The notes: generated by a model from the sequence alone, not told the origin. DNA of 63,529 nt, filler included, from Aduncisulcus paluster (GCA_024181965.1; 40 parts of 40 records of this genome joined end to end with filler, not necessarily neighbours in it), one strand, 5' to 3'. Positions 12,711-25,237 are shown, numbered from the whole stretch's first letter. Numbers and translations: made by a program.

Positions 12711-14153
12711 GTCGATATAGCTTGAAAATGATCCACCGCTTAATATCACGGGCCGATAATAAGGGGATATCGTCAAAGCATAACAGTTTCTCCTTTAGGA
12801 CAAAAGTTGACAGCAAAAAATTAAGGGCTATTTGATGGTACCATGCCAACCACTTTCGTGTCTGATATTTGTCCATACCCAAAATTTGTTTGTTTTCCTT
12901 GATGCAATGTTCCACAAAGAAACGTTGTGCCTGCATATAAGCAACACCTTTCCCTGTGTATTGTCCCAAATTGGCATTGGTGAAAGAGTATTTATATTGG
13001 TAATCACCTTTGGGCATTTGGTTTCGGCGTATTACCAACAAGCGGCGCAACATACGGTTGTTCGCTTTATCCCAAAGGTACACCGTACGAAAATGATAAT
13101 CGGCAATTAATTTGCCTTTTGTTGTGTTGCGTACATCTATAAGCTGCCAATCTTTGTCGGAAAGCCCTGAGATATACCTGTCTGCCCTAATACCTTCTGA
13201 TAAAGGTTTTTCTTTGACCGGTTTGCGGCCTTTCCCGGTAAAGGGTGGGATACCTATCTCACATTTTTCCAAATAAACAAGTAAATTGGAATGAATGTCA
13301 AGCATATAGACAAGCCCCATACTATCAATGGATTCTGCAAATTCTATGCTGTTGCCATAATAACCATCTGCACCAACATAATCAAAGTCAACCNNNNNNN
13401 NNNNNNNNNNNNNNNNNNNNNNNNNNNNNNNNNNNNNNNNNNNNNNNNNNNNNNNNNNNNNNNNNNNNNNNNNNNNNNNNNNNNNNNNNNNNNNNNNNNN
13501 NNNNNNNNNNNNNNNNNNNNNNNNNNNNNNNNNNNNNNNNNNNNNNNNNNNNNNNNNCAAAGTCAACCCCCAATTCTTTTTGGTGGCCGATAATATCAAC
13601 AGCAATTTCCCACTTGGGTTTAAAAACCCTGTCCCCCCTGGGGATGCCAGCTTCCTGGCAACGGGAATCGTTATTGCACCAGGATTCAGGTAAAAACAAC
13701 CGTGCATCAACCATAGAGGCAAAATCCCCATTGCTCAATGCTCCGAATACGGCTACCTGTGAGTTGCATATTTTTCCTGCNNNNNNNNNNNNNNNNNNNN
13801 NNNTTTCCTGCATTGCCACAATATTGAGGGCTTACACCTACGCTTTTGTCCCCTTTCTTTTCCCAACCACTTTCATCAATAATCAGGCCTGTCAATTTCC
13901 TTTGGGGCAGACTATTACTTACATCTTTGGACACTTGATCCATCAGGGCCCTGTAATCCCAGGTGGATTCGGTTATGAAATGTTGCATTTGATGGTAATT
14001 GGCAAACATCTCTTCGCTTATCCTTTCAATGTTACTAAGTTCACTCATAAAAATCCCCTGACAGTAAATTTGTGCTTTATCGAAAAAACGTTTCGTTCTA
14101 TTCTTGAAAAACTCCTTGTAGTCAGATAAATAAGAATCAAACCGCCCCAGCAT
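12711..14153 (-). CDS. IS701-family DDE transposase, 3' partial
   Basis: LIIDESGWEKKGDKSVGVSPQYCGNAGKICNSQVAV, VGADGYYG and RFFVEHCIKENKQILGMDKYQTRKWLAWYHQ. Confidence 0.93.
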
Positions 14154-14318
14154 GGGGCGTAGTGTTTCTCCATATCTATCGCTATTTTTAACTTGTATTA
14201 ACCAATTTAGTGATCTCCTTGTTTGTTTCTCGATTGTGTCTTAAATATAACATTTATTATGCTGATTTACAAATAATTAACCCCTTTAATCCAAGGATTC
14301 TTTAATCTGTTAAAGTAG
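12711..14318 (-). mobile_element. IS701-family insertion sequence, left end plus most of the transposase
   Basis: Transposase motifs as in the next feature. CTACTTTAACAG at 14318-14307 resembles IS701-type termini and the scaffold ends 3 nt later. Confidence 0.85.
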
Positions 14319-14423
14319 AATNNNNNNNNNNNNNNNNNNNNNNNNNNNNNNNNNNNNNNNNNNNNTTAATTAATTAANNNNNNNNNNNNNNNNNNNNNNN
14401 NNNNNNNNNNNNNNNNNNNNNGC

Positions 14424-14624
14424 CGCGCCCTGGACGCCGCCCGCGAACGAGGCGAGATAGGGGCCGCCACCATCCCCGATCTCGTAGCCACCAGCATCTT
14501 CGCCCTGGTGCGCAATGAACTGTTCTTCGCGCGCAGAAAGATTGAATCGAACGCACTGGCCGAGCTGGTCGACTCGGTCTATCTCCCGGCGATCGATGCC
14601 GCATCGCGCAGATCTGACAAGTAA
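14424..14624 (+). CDS. TetR/AcrR-family regulator, C-terminal fragment
   Basis: Manual translation RALDAARERGEI...LAELVDSVYLPAI...DK* fits the TetR C-terminal pattern. Not in the ORF track. Confidence 0.7.
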   Translation, partial: RALDAARERGEIGAATIPDLVATSIFALVRNELFFARRKIESNALAELVDSVYLPAIDAASRRSDK

Positions 14625-14682
14625 GACACCCTGTCGACACCGTTGCCCTCCACCTACGGCGTCCTCAACTACCGTCGACCTG

Positions 14683-15556
14683 GTGAAGGTATCGGGATCG
14701 CGCGTCGCCCGGGCCGGTGCCGTCGTCACAGTCCTCCTTGCCCTTGCGGGGGTGCCTTCGTGCGGGCATTCAGTGCCACCGATCACCGCACCGAGCGTGA
14801 TTCCCACTGGTCCATTCGCACCCGTCACCCGGCTGGTGAACGACGCCGTCGCGGCACCGCGACTTCCCGGTGCAGTGGTTCACATCGGACACGCCGGCAA
14901 TATCGTCTTCCGGCAGGCCTTCGGGTGGCGCAAACTTCCCGATGAACCAGGCCTGGATNNNNNNNNNNNNNNNNNNNNNNNNNNNNNNNNNNNNNNGACA
15001 TCGCCTCGTTGACCAAACCTCTTGCGACAAGCGTGGCCTTCCTGCAGCTGTACGAGAGGGACCTGGTTCACCTCGACGAACCCGTGCAGACCTATCTGCC
15101 GGAATTCAACGCCGCCAACGATCCGCGACGTGCCCGGGTGACGCTTCGTATGCTGCTCACGCACACTTCGGGCATCGGAGGCGACCTGAGCCATCAGGGC
15201 CCGTGGGGCCTGACGCAGGCAGACAAGGCGGACGGCATACATCGTGCACTCACCGCACCGTTGGCATTCGACCCCGGTCAAACGTTCCACTACTCCGACA
15301 TCAACTTCATCATCCTCGGCGCACTGATCGAAAAGCTCACCGACGTGCCGCTGGATATCTATGTGCAGGACAACGTCTTTGCGCCATTAGGCATGGCCAA
15401 CACACGCTACCTGCCGGCAACCAAGGCGTGCGGTGAGTACCAAATCGTTGGTACGGCAATTGCTTTCGATAAGAACGCGCATGCTGCCACGCCGTGCCCG
15501 TCGGACACCTGGAACACCGCTCTGTTGACACGCATCGCGCCGACTGCCCATGACGA
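14683..15556 (+). CDS. Serine hydrolase, beta-lactamase class C-like, possible lipoprotein, 3' partial
   Basis: SxxK motif DIASLTKP, LLTHTSG, YSD motif FHYSDINF, and an N-terminal hydrophobic stretch ending in Cys. Confidence 0.9.
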
Positions 15557-15656
15557 NNNNNNNNNNNNNNNNNNNNNNNNNNNNNNNNNNNNNNNNNNNN
15601 TTAATTAATTAANNNNNNNNNNNNNNNNNNNNNNNNNNNNNNNNNNNNNNNNNNNN

Positions 15657-15914
15657 GTTTTTGTTGGTGCTTTAAATGTTGGTAAAATGATATTTACATT
15701 TGAACCAAAAGTCAACACTAATGTTGATGCAATACATCCAATCGTATATGAATATGATGATTTATATATCACAAAAGCAGATTGTTTAGGATATTTTGAG
15801 ATGGGTTCTACTGTACTTATGTTTTGGGAAAAAGATATGGTAGAAATTGAAAATAATATCAATACAAAAGTAAGATTTGGGGATGTTATTTCTACTACTG
15901 TTGACATTGATTAA
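15657..15914 (+). CDS. psd: Phosphatidylserine decarboxylase, C-terminal fragment
   Basis: FVGALNVG and the LGYFEMGSTV autocleavage motif. Confidence 0.9.
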   Translation, partial: VFVGALNVGKMIFTFEPKVNTNVDAIHPIVYEYDDLYITKADCLGYFEMGSTVLMFWEKDMVEIENNINTKVRFGDVISTTVDID

Positions 15915-15967
15915 ATTTTAGGTATAATGCAAATTATACATAAATAATAAAAAAAGGGTAACATTTA

Positions 15968-16770
15968 ATGGTTAAAATTGTAAATTTAAAAAAGACTTTT
16001 GGTTCAAGAGTTCTATTTCAGGATATTAATCTTTCTTTAGATACAGGAAAAAGATATGGTTTAATTGGAGCAAATGGAGCTGGTAAAACTACATTTTTAA
16101 ATATGCTAAGTGGAACAGAAGAGATAACTGATGGTGAAGTACAAGTACAAAATGGTAAAAAAGTTGGAGTATTAAGCCAAAATCAANNNNNNNNNNNNNN
16201 NNNNNNAAAAGAAAGAAGAGTTATACTTAGAAGAGTACACAGATGAAATTGGTGAACAATTAGGTGAGCTTGAAATCATTTGTTGTGAAGAAGATCCAAC
16301 TTATGAATATGATGTAAAAATTACAAAGATTCTTGAATCTTTAGGGTTTCCAGCTGATACTCATGGTGAACTTATGAGTACTATTACAGGTGGTGATAAA
16401 TTTAAGGTTTTACTTGCACAAGTTCTGTATCCAAAACCAGATGTTTTATTTTTAGATGAGCCTACAAATAACCTTGATATGGCAACAATTTCATGGCTAG
16501 AAAACCAACTACAACACCATGATGGTACTATGGTAGTTATTTCACATGATAGACACTTTTTAAATGCTGTTTGTACAAATATTTTAGATGTAGATTTCAA
16601 AAAAATTAGAGAGTTTACAGGGACTTACGATGACTGGTATATTGCTTCAACAGTAATTGCAAAACAAGCATCGGTTGATAGAGATAAGAAAATGAAAGAG
16701 AAAGAAGAGCTTGAAGCTTTTGTTAGACGATTTTCTGCAAATGCCTCAAAAGCGAAACAAGCAACTTCAA
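15968..16770 (+). CDS. ABC-F family ATPase (YbiT-like), 3' partial
   Basis: GANGAGKT, LDEPTNNLD, ISHDRHFLN and RRFSANASKAKQATS linker. Confidence 0.93.
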
Positions 16771-17060
16771 NNNNNNNNNNNNNNNNNNNNNNNNNNNNNN
16801 NNNNNNNNNNNNNNTTAATTAATTAANNNNNNNNNNNNNNNNNNNNNNNNNNNNNNNNNNNNNNNNNNNNGAGTCCGGGCTACGATCCGTTGACCGCGTC
16901 CGGTGCGGCCTAACGGTTCCCTCTGCAGCCTCCCGCAAACCGCGTCATATCGCCTTCAGTTTCCGCTGGAGGTGGTGTGGCGCGGTCCGCATTTCGATAT
17001 CTGTATACTGCAAAGGCCTTTTTAGATTATTATAATACCTCCATTTGCAAAAAATGGGAG

Positions 17061-17076
17061 TTTATGTATACATAAA
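17061..17076. promoter_or_regulatory. Perfect 16-bp palindrome TTTATGTATACATAAA, probable GntR-family operator
   Basis: Lies 30 nt upstream of vanA in an AT-rich island, with a second TGTATAC core near 17002. A GntR gene follows vanA. Confidence 0.65.
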
Positions 17077-17106
17077 GTATCTGAAACGACCCCCAGAGGG
17101 CGAGCG

Positions 17107-18358
17107 ATGCCAAAACCCTTCCCCATGAACGCCTGGTATGCGGCCGGGTGGGACGCGGAGATCAAGCACGCGCTGCTGCCCCGGACGATCTGCGGCAAGC
17201 ACGTCGTGATGTTCCGGAAGGGCGACGGCGAGGTGGTGGCGCTCGAGGATGCCTGCTGGCATCGCCTGGTGCCGCTCTCCAAGGGCCGGCTCGACGGCGA
17301 CACCGTGGTCTGCGGCTATCACGGCCGGAAATACAATGCGCAGGGCCGCTGCNNNNNNNNNNNNNNNNNNNNNNNNNNNNNNNNNNNNNNNNNNNNNNNN
17401 NNNNNNNNNNNNNNNNNNNNNNNNNNNNNNNNNNNNNNNNNNNNNNNNNNNNNNNNNNNNNNNNNNNNNNNNNNNNNNNNNNNNNNNNNNNNNNNNNNNN
17501 NNNNNNNNNNNNNNNNNNNNNNNNNNNNNNNNNNNNNNNNNNNNNNNNNNNNNNNNNNNNTCATGCCCTCGCAGGAGACCATCAATCCGTCGGCCTGCGT
17601 GCGCGCCTATCCCGTCGTCGAGCGCCATCGCTTCATCTGGCTCTGGATGGGCGATCCCGCGCTCGCTGATCCCTTGCTGGTGCCCGACATGCACTGGAAT
17701 CACGATCCGGCCTGGGCCGGCGACGGCAAGACCATTCACGTCAAATGCGACTACCGCCTCGTCGTCGATAATCTGATGGACCTGACGCACGAGACCTTCG
17801 TGCACGGCTCGAGCATCGGCAATGACGCGGTCGCCGAAGCGCCGTTCGACGTCACCCATGGCGAGAAGACCGTGACCGTGACGCGCTGGATGCAGGGCNN
17901 NNNNNNNNNNNNNNNNNNNNNNNNNNNNNNNNNNNNNNNNNNNNNNNNNNNNNNNNNNNNNNNNNNNNNNNNNNNNNNNNNAGGCAGTTGCAGAAGCCTG
18001 GCCCGGTCGATCGCTGGCAGATCATCCGCTTCGAGGCGCCGTGCACCGTCAATATCGACGTCGGCGTCGCGCCGGCCGGATCGGGCGCGCCGGAGGGCGA
18101 TCGCTCGCAGGGCGTCAACGGCTATGTGCTCAACACCNNNNNNNNNNNNNNNNNNNNNNNNNNNNNNNNNNNNNNNNNNNNNNNNNNNNNNNNNNNNNNN
18201 NNNNNNNNNNNNNNNNNNNNNNNNNNNGCGCGATGGACGAGAATCCGGACCGCGTGTTCTACAATCTCAACATCGACGCCGGCGCGATGTGGGCGCGCCG
18301 CGTCATCGACCGCATGGTGGCGAAGGAGAATCCACCGCAGCTGCAGGCGGCGGAGTAG
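17107..18358 (+). CDS. vanA: Rieske aromatic O-demethylase oxygenase subunit (vanillate O-demethylase-like)
   Basis: CWH...CGYHG Rieske ligands, [13 protein letters not shown] mononuclear iron motif and [14 protein letters not shown]-terminus. Confidence 0.9.
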
Positions 18359-18363
18359 GCGGC

Positions 18364-18556
18364 ATGGCGGAGCGCGAGGCCGAACGTTCAGTATCGCAGA
18401 CCGTGCGGGCGCAGCTCGCGCTGCGTGAGCTGATCGTTTCCGGCGGCCTGCGGCCGGGCGAGCGCATCTCGGAACTGCAGGCGGTCGAGGTCACCGGGGT
18501 CTCGCGCACGCCGGTGCGGATGGCGCTGGTTCGGCTGGAAGAGGAGGGCCTGCTGG
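18364..18556 (+). CDS. GntR-family transcriptional regulator (VanR-like), 5' fragment
   Basis: LRPGERISE...[20 protein letters not shown] winged HTH. Confidence 0.9.
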
Positions 18557-18656
18557 NNNNNNNNNNNNNNNNNNNNNNNNNNNNNNNNNNNNNNNNNNNN
18601 TTAATTAATTAANNNNNNNNNNNNNNNNNNNNNNNNNNNNNNNNNNNNNNNNNNNN

Positions 18657-19633
18657 ACTGCTGCACAGCGAAGCGGCAATAGGTCAACGAATCACTCGCG
18701 CCAAGAACAAGATTCGCACGGCCAATATCCCCCTGCGGGTGCCGCCCGCCGAGCTGCTGCCCGAACGCACGCCCCACGTGCTCAGCTGTATCTATTCGGT
18801 CTTCACCGAGGGCTACTGGTCCACGGGCGGACCGTCGGCCATCCGCGACGAGTTATGCGACGAGGGTGTGCGGCTGGCCGGAGAACTGTGCAAGCTCATG
18901 CCTCAGGAGCGGGAAGCCAACGCGCTGGCCGCACTTGTGTTGCTTCATGATTCCAGACGCCTGGAACGGATGGGCGGCGACGGCGCACTGGTTCCACTGG
19001 AGGAACAGGACCGTACTCGGTGGGATCGCGATCGTATTTCCCGTGGGCTGGGCCAGCTGCGGCAGGCGGCGGGCTCCGCCGGGCCGTATCTGCCTCAGGC
19101 GGTCATCGCCGCCCTGCACGCCACCGCACCATCCTGGGAGGAAACCGATTGGCATGCCATCTGCCNNNNNNNNNNNNNNNNNNNNNNNNNNNNNNNNNNN
19201 NNNNNNNNNNNNNNNNNNNNNNNNNNNNNNNNNNNNNNNNNNNNNNNNNNNNNNNNNNNNNNNNNNNNNNNNNNNNNNNNNNNNNNNNNNNNNNNNNNNN
19301 NNNNNNNNNNNNNNNNNNNNNNNNNNNNNNNNNNNNNNNNACCGGCTGGTGACCATGACGGATTCGCCGGTGGTGCTGGTGAATCGGGCGCTGGCCATCG
19401 GACTGCGCGACACCCCGGAGAAGGGGCTGGCCGCTCTGGAGAAGGTCGCCCATGATCCGCGCCTGACGAGATCCAATCTGGTGGCCACTGTGCGCGCCGA
19501 TCTGCTCCGGCGCGCGGGACGCCATACCGAGGCAATCGACTGGTATCGAACGGCACTGTCCGCCAACGGCTCCGACCCTGGACGGGAGTTCCTGCGGCGC
19601 CGCATCGCCGAATGTGAGACCAGCCTCCGCTAG
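18657..19633 (+). CDS. ECF sigma factor with C-terminal TPR-like extension (ECF42-like), 5' partial
   Basis: QRITRAK, IYSVFTEGY, LVPLEEQDRTRWD, QAVIAALH and SPVVLVNRA motifs. Confidence 0.85.
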
Positions 19634-19640
19634 CCGGGAA

Positions 19641-20549
19641 CTACGAGGAACCAACAACCCCCTCCAGCCAGTGACCGATATCGCGGTGTACCCAGTCCTT
19701 CTCCGGCTCGTTGAGGATTTCGTGACGCCCGCCCGCATAGAAGCGGTATTCGAGGCGCCGATGACCTTCTGCCATGTATCGGGTGATGAGGCCCTGGATC
19801 GTCTCGGTGCGACCGCCCACCGGATCCTCCGAACCGGCGACAATGAGAATCGGCAGCTCCGAGGGGATCCGCGACTCGTTCCCCGGCTCCCACAGGGAGT
19901 GAAATCCCTTGATCACCGAATATGTCATCGCATTGGAAAACGGCTTGCCACACAAGGGGTCTGACTGGAACGTGCGGATCTCTTCGGCATCGCAGGTCTG
20001 CCACTCCGAGCCGGTGGGCGTGACCCCGTCGGGCACAAACGGCGCGTTGAACTGCGCCAGGAGCGCGCCGAAGAATTCACTCGGCACCATCGCCTGCNNN
20101 NNNNNNNNNNNNNNNNNNNNNNNNNNNNNNNNNNNNNNNNNNNNNNNNNNNNNNNNNNNNNNNNNNNNNNNNNNNNNNNNCTCGATGTGGGACTGCGTCA
20201 ATGCCGAACCCATGCTGTGCCCGAAGGCAATCAACGGCAGACCGGGATTCTGCGCACGGGCGATATCTGCGAGCTGCTTGATATCCGCGGTCATGTCGTC
20301 CCAGGCCGTGACTCCGAGCTGCCCCAGCCCCGCCGGGCCGGCGGTCTGTCCGTGCCCGCGCAGGTCCAAGGCGTAGACCACGCACCCGCGCGCCGCGAGG
20401 AATCGGGCCAGCCGGTCGTACCGAGCACTGTATTCGGCAATGCCATGCGTGATCTGCACGGCGGCCCGCAGGCCGATCCCGCACGGTGGCTGCCAGGTGC
20501 GGTACCAGATCACCATCTGGTCCACGTCGGACGTGAACGTAGAAAACGT
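19641..20549 (-). CDS. Alpha/beta hydrolase (lysophospholipase-like), 5' partial
   Basis: HGIAEY, DLRGHG, GHSMG nucleophile elbow and RHEILNE. Confidence 0.92.
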   Translation of the reverse strand, partial: TFSTFTSDVDQMVIWYRTWQPPCGIGLRAAVQITHGIAEYSARYDRLARFLAARGCVVYALDLRGHGQTAGPAGLGQLGVTAWDDMTADIKQLADIARAQNPGLPLIAFGHSMGSALTQSHIEXXXXXXXXXXXXXXXXXXXXXXXXXXXXQAMVPSEFFGALLAQFNAPFVPDGVTPTGSEWQTCDAEEIRTFQSDPLCGKPFSNAMTYSVIKGFHSLWEPGNESRIPSELPILIVAGSEDPVGGRTETIQGLITRYMAEGHRRLEYRFYAGGRHEILNEPEKDWVHRDIGHWLEGVVGSS

Positions 20550-20865
20550 NNNNNNNNNNNNNNNNNNNNNNNNNNNNNNNNNNNNNNNNNNNNTTAATTA
20601 ATTAANNNNNNNNNNNNNNNNNNNNNNNNNNNNNNNNNNNNNNNNNNNNATAAATTGTGTTAGTACAAATACACCAACTAAAATACAGCCAATCGAAACA
20701 AAAATAACAGATGCAAGAATTAATTCTGTTGACATTTCTTATCCTATTTTATAGTTTTGCTTAGAGTATACATTAATCTAAATTTAGATTAAATTTTTTA
20801 TGTAGTATTTAAGGATATTTTAAATTAAAGAGAATTTTTGATACATTTTATATCATAAAAAGTTA

Positions 20866-21830
20866 TTAAAATGCTAAATATTCTGGCTTACCAAAATAAT
20901 AGCCTTGAGAATAATCTACACCTAAGTTATTTAAGAAATCAAATATCTCTTTATTTTCAACATATTCTGCAATCGTTTTAATATTTTGTCTTTTAGCAAA
21001 AACAACAATTGTTTCAACGACATTTTGGCTATATTTATCAGTAAGAATATTTTTAATTAAAGAACCATCTATCTTTAATAAATCTGGTTCAAATTCAAGA
21101 AGTCTTTCAAAATTAGAGTACCCTGCACCAAAATCATCTATTGCTATAGAAACACCCATTTTTTTCACTTTTCGTATAAATATTTTAACACTTTTAAAAT
21201 CTTTTACTCTTTCATCTTCTAAGAGTTCAAAAACCAATCTCTTTCGATCNNNNNNNNNNNNNNNNNNNNTACTAAAGATTCATACTTTTCGATTTGTTCT
21301 GTTTTATTATTTACAATGGGTTGGAAATAAGATAAAATTTTATATTCATCTAAAGCTTGTTTTACCATTTTTATAACATCTAAATTCTTTTTAGCTTCTT
21401 GTTGGTCTTTTATTGAAAAATCGTTTGCATGACATATAGTTATATTTTTCTCTATAGCCATCTCTAATCCTGATTTGGCATCTTCATAAATCATATGTTT
21501 ACCTAAAGAGTAACTCAAAGTTATATTTATGTCATAATCCATATCATCGATAGTTAATCGTGATTTTTTTACATTATTGACAAATTCAGTTAAATAGTCT
21601 TCCAAAGAAACAGCAGCTTCTAAAAAGCTATCAAAATCAGTAAGTAAAGCATACTTACCATCACCTAAATTATACACATTTTTGAACTTATAAGTTGATG
21701 GAAGATAGTTTAAAAGCTTATATCCAAAAAGTTTTTCGATTTGATCAATAATATATAAACTATGGAACTTCTCCAACATATCAAACTCTTCAATTTGAAC
21801 CATAATAAGAACAGACATAATATTTGATGN
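20866..21830 (-). CDS. EAL-domain protein with a degenerate GGDEF domain, 5' partial
   Basis: YFQPIV, YESLV, IAIDDFGAGYSNF, KIDGSLI, IAEYVE and SQGYYFGKP. Confidence 0.92.
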
Positions 21831-21929
21831 NNNNNNNNNNNNNNNNNNNNNNNNNNNNNNNNNNNNNNNNNNNTTAATTAATTAANNNNNNNNNNNNNNN
21901 NNNNNNNNNNNNNNNNNNNNNNNNNNNNN

Positions 21930-22718
21930 ATCACAGCTGGAGAAATTTTGTTTTCACTGCGCCAAACAGGGTTTTAACCACCCGCCGACTTGCAGCAGAG
22001 TACGACTCCTTGGTCCGTGTTTCAAGACGGGTCATAGAACACCGCTCACGATGACTCGCTTATAACCCAAGGGAACCAAGCAGTAAGTTCCTCAGTTCCA
22101 ATCCTCCCCATGAAAGAAAGACCTATAAGTCCCAAAGATGAACATAATGTTGCAAGCAACGATCACCTCTAGGTACCTTGTCTATCTCCACCGAAGAAGC
22201 TGAAACTCCCATCGTGTTCCCACAAGGTGAGGACGTAAAAAGTCACATCTCCCACCAAGCAGTACAATAATCCCGCACTGTTCTACGCTTCCACCATAAC
22301 GGTTTCAGATTCATTGATGACGCTTTTTTCAACGTCGTGTGTCTTTCGCTCATGCTACTCGTACTCTATCGGTCTCACACTAATATTTAGCCTTGGAAGA
22401 GGTTCACCTCCCATATTCACGTAACACTCTCAAGCTACGCTACTCTCAGACCAGCTCACCAATACGATACGACAATGTCTACGGGGCTATAACCCTCTCT
22501 GGCACACCTTTTCATGTGACTTCGACTCCTACCGTTACGCACTGGCATATTGACTGGCCCTTACGCCACAACTCATTCTCCCAAACACTGAAAGAAAGAT
22601 TAAGGCATGGGCTTTTCCCGCTTCGCTCGCCGCGACTAAGGGAATCTCTGTTGATTTCTTTTCCTCCCCTTATTAATATGCTTAAATTCAGGGGGTAACC
22701 TTCCTTGATTTCAGGTCC
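21930..22718 (-). rRNA. Eukaryotic 28S rRNA, 5' part (D1-D2)
   Basis: Reverse complement contains ACCCCCTGAATTTAAGCATATTAATAAGGGGAGGAAAAGAAA and CCCGTCTTGAAACACGGACCAAGGAGT. Boundary approximate. Confidence 0.95.
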
Positions 22719-22965
22719 AATAAGTGAAATAAAAGTGAAATGGCGTAGAAAAGAGACTTACGATTACTTCTGTATGAAAAGTAATCTCTCTACTCAGAAT
22801 GTAAACAAACTGAACAAAGAGAAGATTTTCTAAAAGCAAAAATAGACTCTATGATTTTACACAGTATTTCGTTTTCATTAGATGATTGAATAGTTGGATT
22901 TAAGGATAAGATAATAAATTAACTAAGATCCCATGGCCACAAAAGATTTTGTGATTTTTCAACCA

Positions 22966-23120
22966 GACTCTGAAACAAAGATGCTCGCAAGCCCCCGAGG
23001 AGACTCACGGCAGAAATACGTTCGAGAACACGATGACTCACGCTTTGCATATCGCATCACCTTTCGCGTTGTGCTGCGCTCTTCATCGATGTGTGAGCCG
23101 AGACATCCACCGCTATGACT
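22966..23120 (-). rRNA. 5.8S rRNA
   Basis: Reverse complement contains GGTGGATGTCTCGGCTCACACATCGATGAAGAGCGCAGC, flanked by AT-rich ITS1 and ITS2. Ends approximate. Confidence 0.93.
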
Positions 23121-23359
23121 TATAAAAAGTTATAGTATAATAAGTGAAAATATCTCAGATATAATTACTTGTTTTGTGTTAGGTTTACTGAAGCAAACTT
23201 AAACATAATTTTTCCTCTTATTTAAGATAAAACCCCAGAGAAAATATAAAAGAGCTACGCATTATAAATGCTTTAAAATTCAGCTGAACTTCATATTGCT
23301 ACAAAGCTCATACAACATGTTTTATGTGGAGGATTTTGATTTAAAATTCTCCAACTTTG

Positions 23360-23362
<3 letters not shown>

Positions 23363-23396
<34 letters not shown>
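23363..23396 (-). rRNA. 18S rRNA, 3' end
   Basis: GGTTTCCGTAGGTGAACCTGCGGAAGGATCATTA on the minus strand. Confidence 0.95.
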
Positions 23397-23496
23397 NNNN
23401 NNNNNNNNNNNNNNNNNNNNNNNNNNNNNNNNNNNNNNNNTTAATTAATTAANNNNNNNNNNNNNNNNNNNNNNNNNNNNNNNNNNNNNNNNNNNN

Positions 23497-23748
23497 CGGT
23501 TAACGGTGGATTTAATGAAAGAAATGAATAAGCCTTTTGGATTGGTTGTAAATAAGGCAGGATTGGGCGATCGTGAAATTTATAAGTATTTGGAGGAAGA
23601 GGAAATTGAATTGCTTGCTGAAATTCCTTTTGATAAAAACTATGCCAAGCAATATGCCAAAGGAAAATTACTAAACGACATTCCGCCTTTTATAGAACAA
23701 GAATATTTGAAATTGGCTATCAATATTAAACACAAGCAAAAACAATGA
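23497..23748 (+). CDS. MinD-superfamily P-loop ATPase, C-terminal fragment (first of a tandem pair)
   Basis: FGLVVNK...LLAEIPFD C-terminus, overlapping the start of the next paralogue. Confidence 0.75.
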   Translation, partial: RLTVDLMKEMNKPFGLVVNKAGLGDREIYKYLEEEEIELLAEIPFDKNYAKQYAKGKLLNDIPPFIEQEYLKLAINIKHKQKQ

Positions 23749-24670
23749 AAGAAATTACCATATTAAGCGGTAAAGGCGGAACTGGTAAAACAGGTTTAAC
23801 TGCAGCACTAGCATCGGTAAGTAAGAATACTGTGTTTTCAGATATTGATGTTGATGCGCCGGATCTTCATTTAATATTTCAGCCTGATATTAAAGAGCAG
23901 CATGTTTTTAAAGGTGCCCGAATTGCAAAGATTGATAATGAAATCTGCACCAATTGCGGTAAGTGTAAGCAAGAGTGTAGGTTCGATGCGATACATTATA
24001 AACCTGAAGGCGGNNNNNNNNNNNNNNNNNNNNTGAAGGCTGTCGATTGTGTGAGAGAATCTGTCCGGTTCAGGCTATTTCATCAGAACACAGTACTAAT
24101 AATAGTTGGTTTATTTCCGATTCTAGATTTGGAAAGTTAGTACATGCAAAAATGGGACCTGGTGAGGAAAATTCAGGGAAATTGGTTACTGTGGTTAGAA
24201 AGAAAGCTCAAGAACTTGCGAAAGAAATGAATGCGGATTTTCTTTTGAATGATGGTCCTCCAGGAATTGGTTGTTCTGCCATTGCATCAATAACAGGAGT
24301 TGATGCTGTTGTATTAATTACGGAACCAAGTAAATCNNNNNNNNNNNNNNNNNNNNNNNNNNNNNNNNNNNNNNNNNNNNNNNNNNNNNNNNNNNNNNNN
24401 NNNNNNNNNNNNNNNNNNNNNNNNNNNNNNNNNNNNNNNNNNNTTATTAACAAATACGATATTAATTTGGAAATAACAGCTCAAATGGAAGCATTTTTTG
24501 CCACCCAAAATATTAATTTATTGGGAAAAATTCCTTTTAGCGAGGATATGGTATATTCGATTGTTAATCATCAATCTATTATTGAATTTAAACCAGAATC
24601 GGATATCAGTTCAATAATTCAGACTATTTGGGATGGTCTTGTTTATTCAAAAAAACTTTGTGAGGTATGA
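23745..24670 (+). CDS. MinD-superfamily P-loop ATPase with an inserted 4Fe-4S ferredoxin domain (Bacteroidota-like)
   Basis: SGKGGTGKT, DVDAPDL, CTNCGKC...C, CEGCRLCERICP, ENSGKLV and DGPPGIGC. Confidence 0.92.
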
Positions 24671-25077
24671 TTAGAGGCGAGTGTAAAATAAGACCACAAT
24701 ATGGTGAGGTAGACCAAATGGGATATGTTTACCATGCCAACTATGTACACTATTGCCACCGAGCAAGAACTGAATTGATGAGAGAGTTTGGATTGAACGA
24801 TAAGGTGTTGGAGGACAATGGAATAATGCTTCCGGTTGTGGATATGAATTTGAAGTATCTTAAACCATCGGGTTACGATGATGAATTAACAGTTAAAACA
24901 AGAATTAAGGAATTGCCAATAACACGATTCAAGTTTTATTTTACCTTCGAAAATGCCAGGAATGAGGTTGTATGCAAGGCAAGTTCTACTGTAGTGTTTG
25001 TCGATAGTATAACTCGCAAACCGCAAAGAGTACCCGATCTGATAATAAGTAATTTAAAGAATGCAGTATTGATTTAG
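24667..25077 (+). CDS. YbgC/FadM-family acyl-CoA thioesterase
   Basis: YGEVDQMGYVYHANY hot-dog fold motif. Confidence 0.92.
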   Translation: MIRGECKIRPQYGEVDQMGYVYHANYVHYCHRARTELMREFGLNDKVLEDNGIMLPVVDMNLKYLKPSGYDDELTVKTRIKELPITRFKFYFTFENARNEVVCKASSTVVFVDSITRKPQRVPDLIISNLKNAVLI

Positions 25078-25102
25078 TAGTAGTTTATGACTATTTGATT
25101 GT

Positions 25103-25137
25103 AACCGGATTCTGTATTGTGCAGATCCGGTTTTTTT
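25103..25137 (+). terminator. Rho-independent terminator
   Basis: AACCGGAT(T)CTG...CAGATCCGGTT stem followed by a T run, 25 nt after the thioesterase stop. Confidence 0.8.
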
Positions 25138-25237
25138 NNNNNNNNNNNNNNNNNNNNNNNNNNNNNNNNNNNNNNNNNNNNTTAATTAATTAANNNNNNN
25201 NNNNNNNNNNNNNNNNNNNNNNNNNNNNNNNNNNNNN

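Noticed and set aside
22393-23118. Short ORFs over the rDNA (also 44755-44949 and 58130-59075)
   Set aside because: Spurious frames overlapping rRNA genes.
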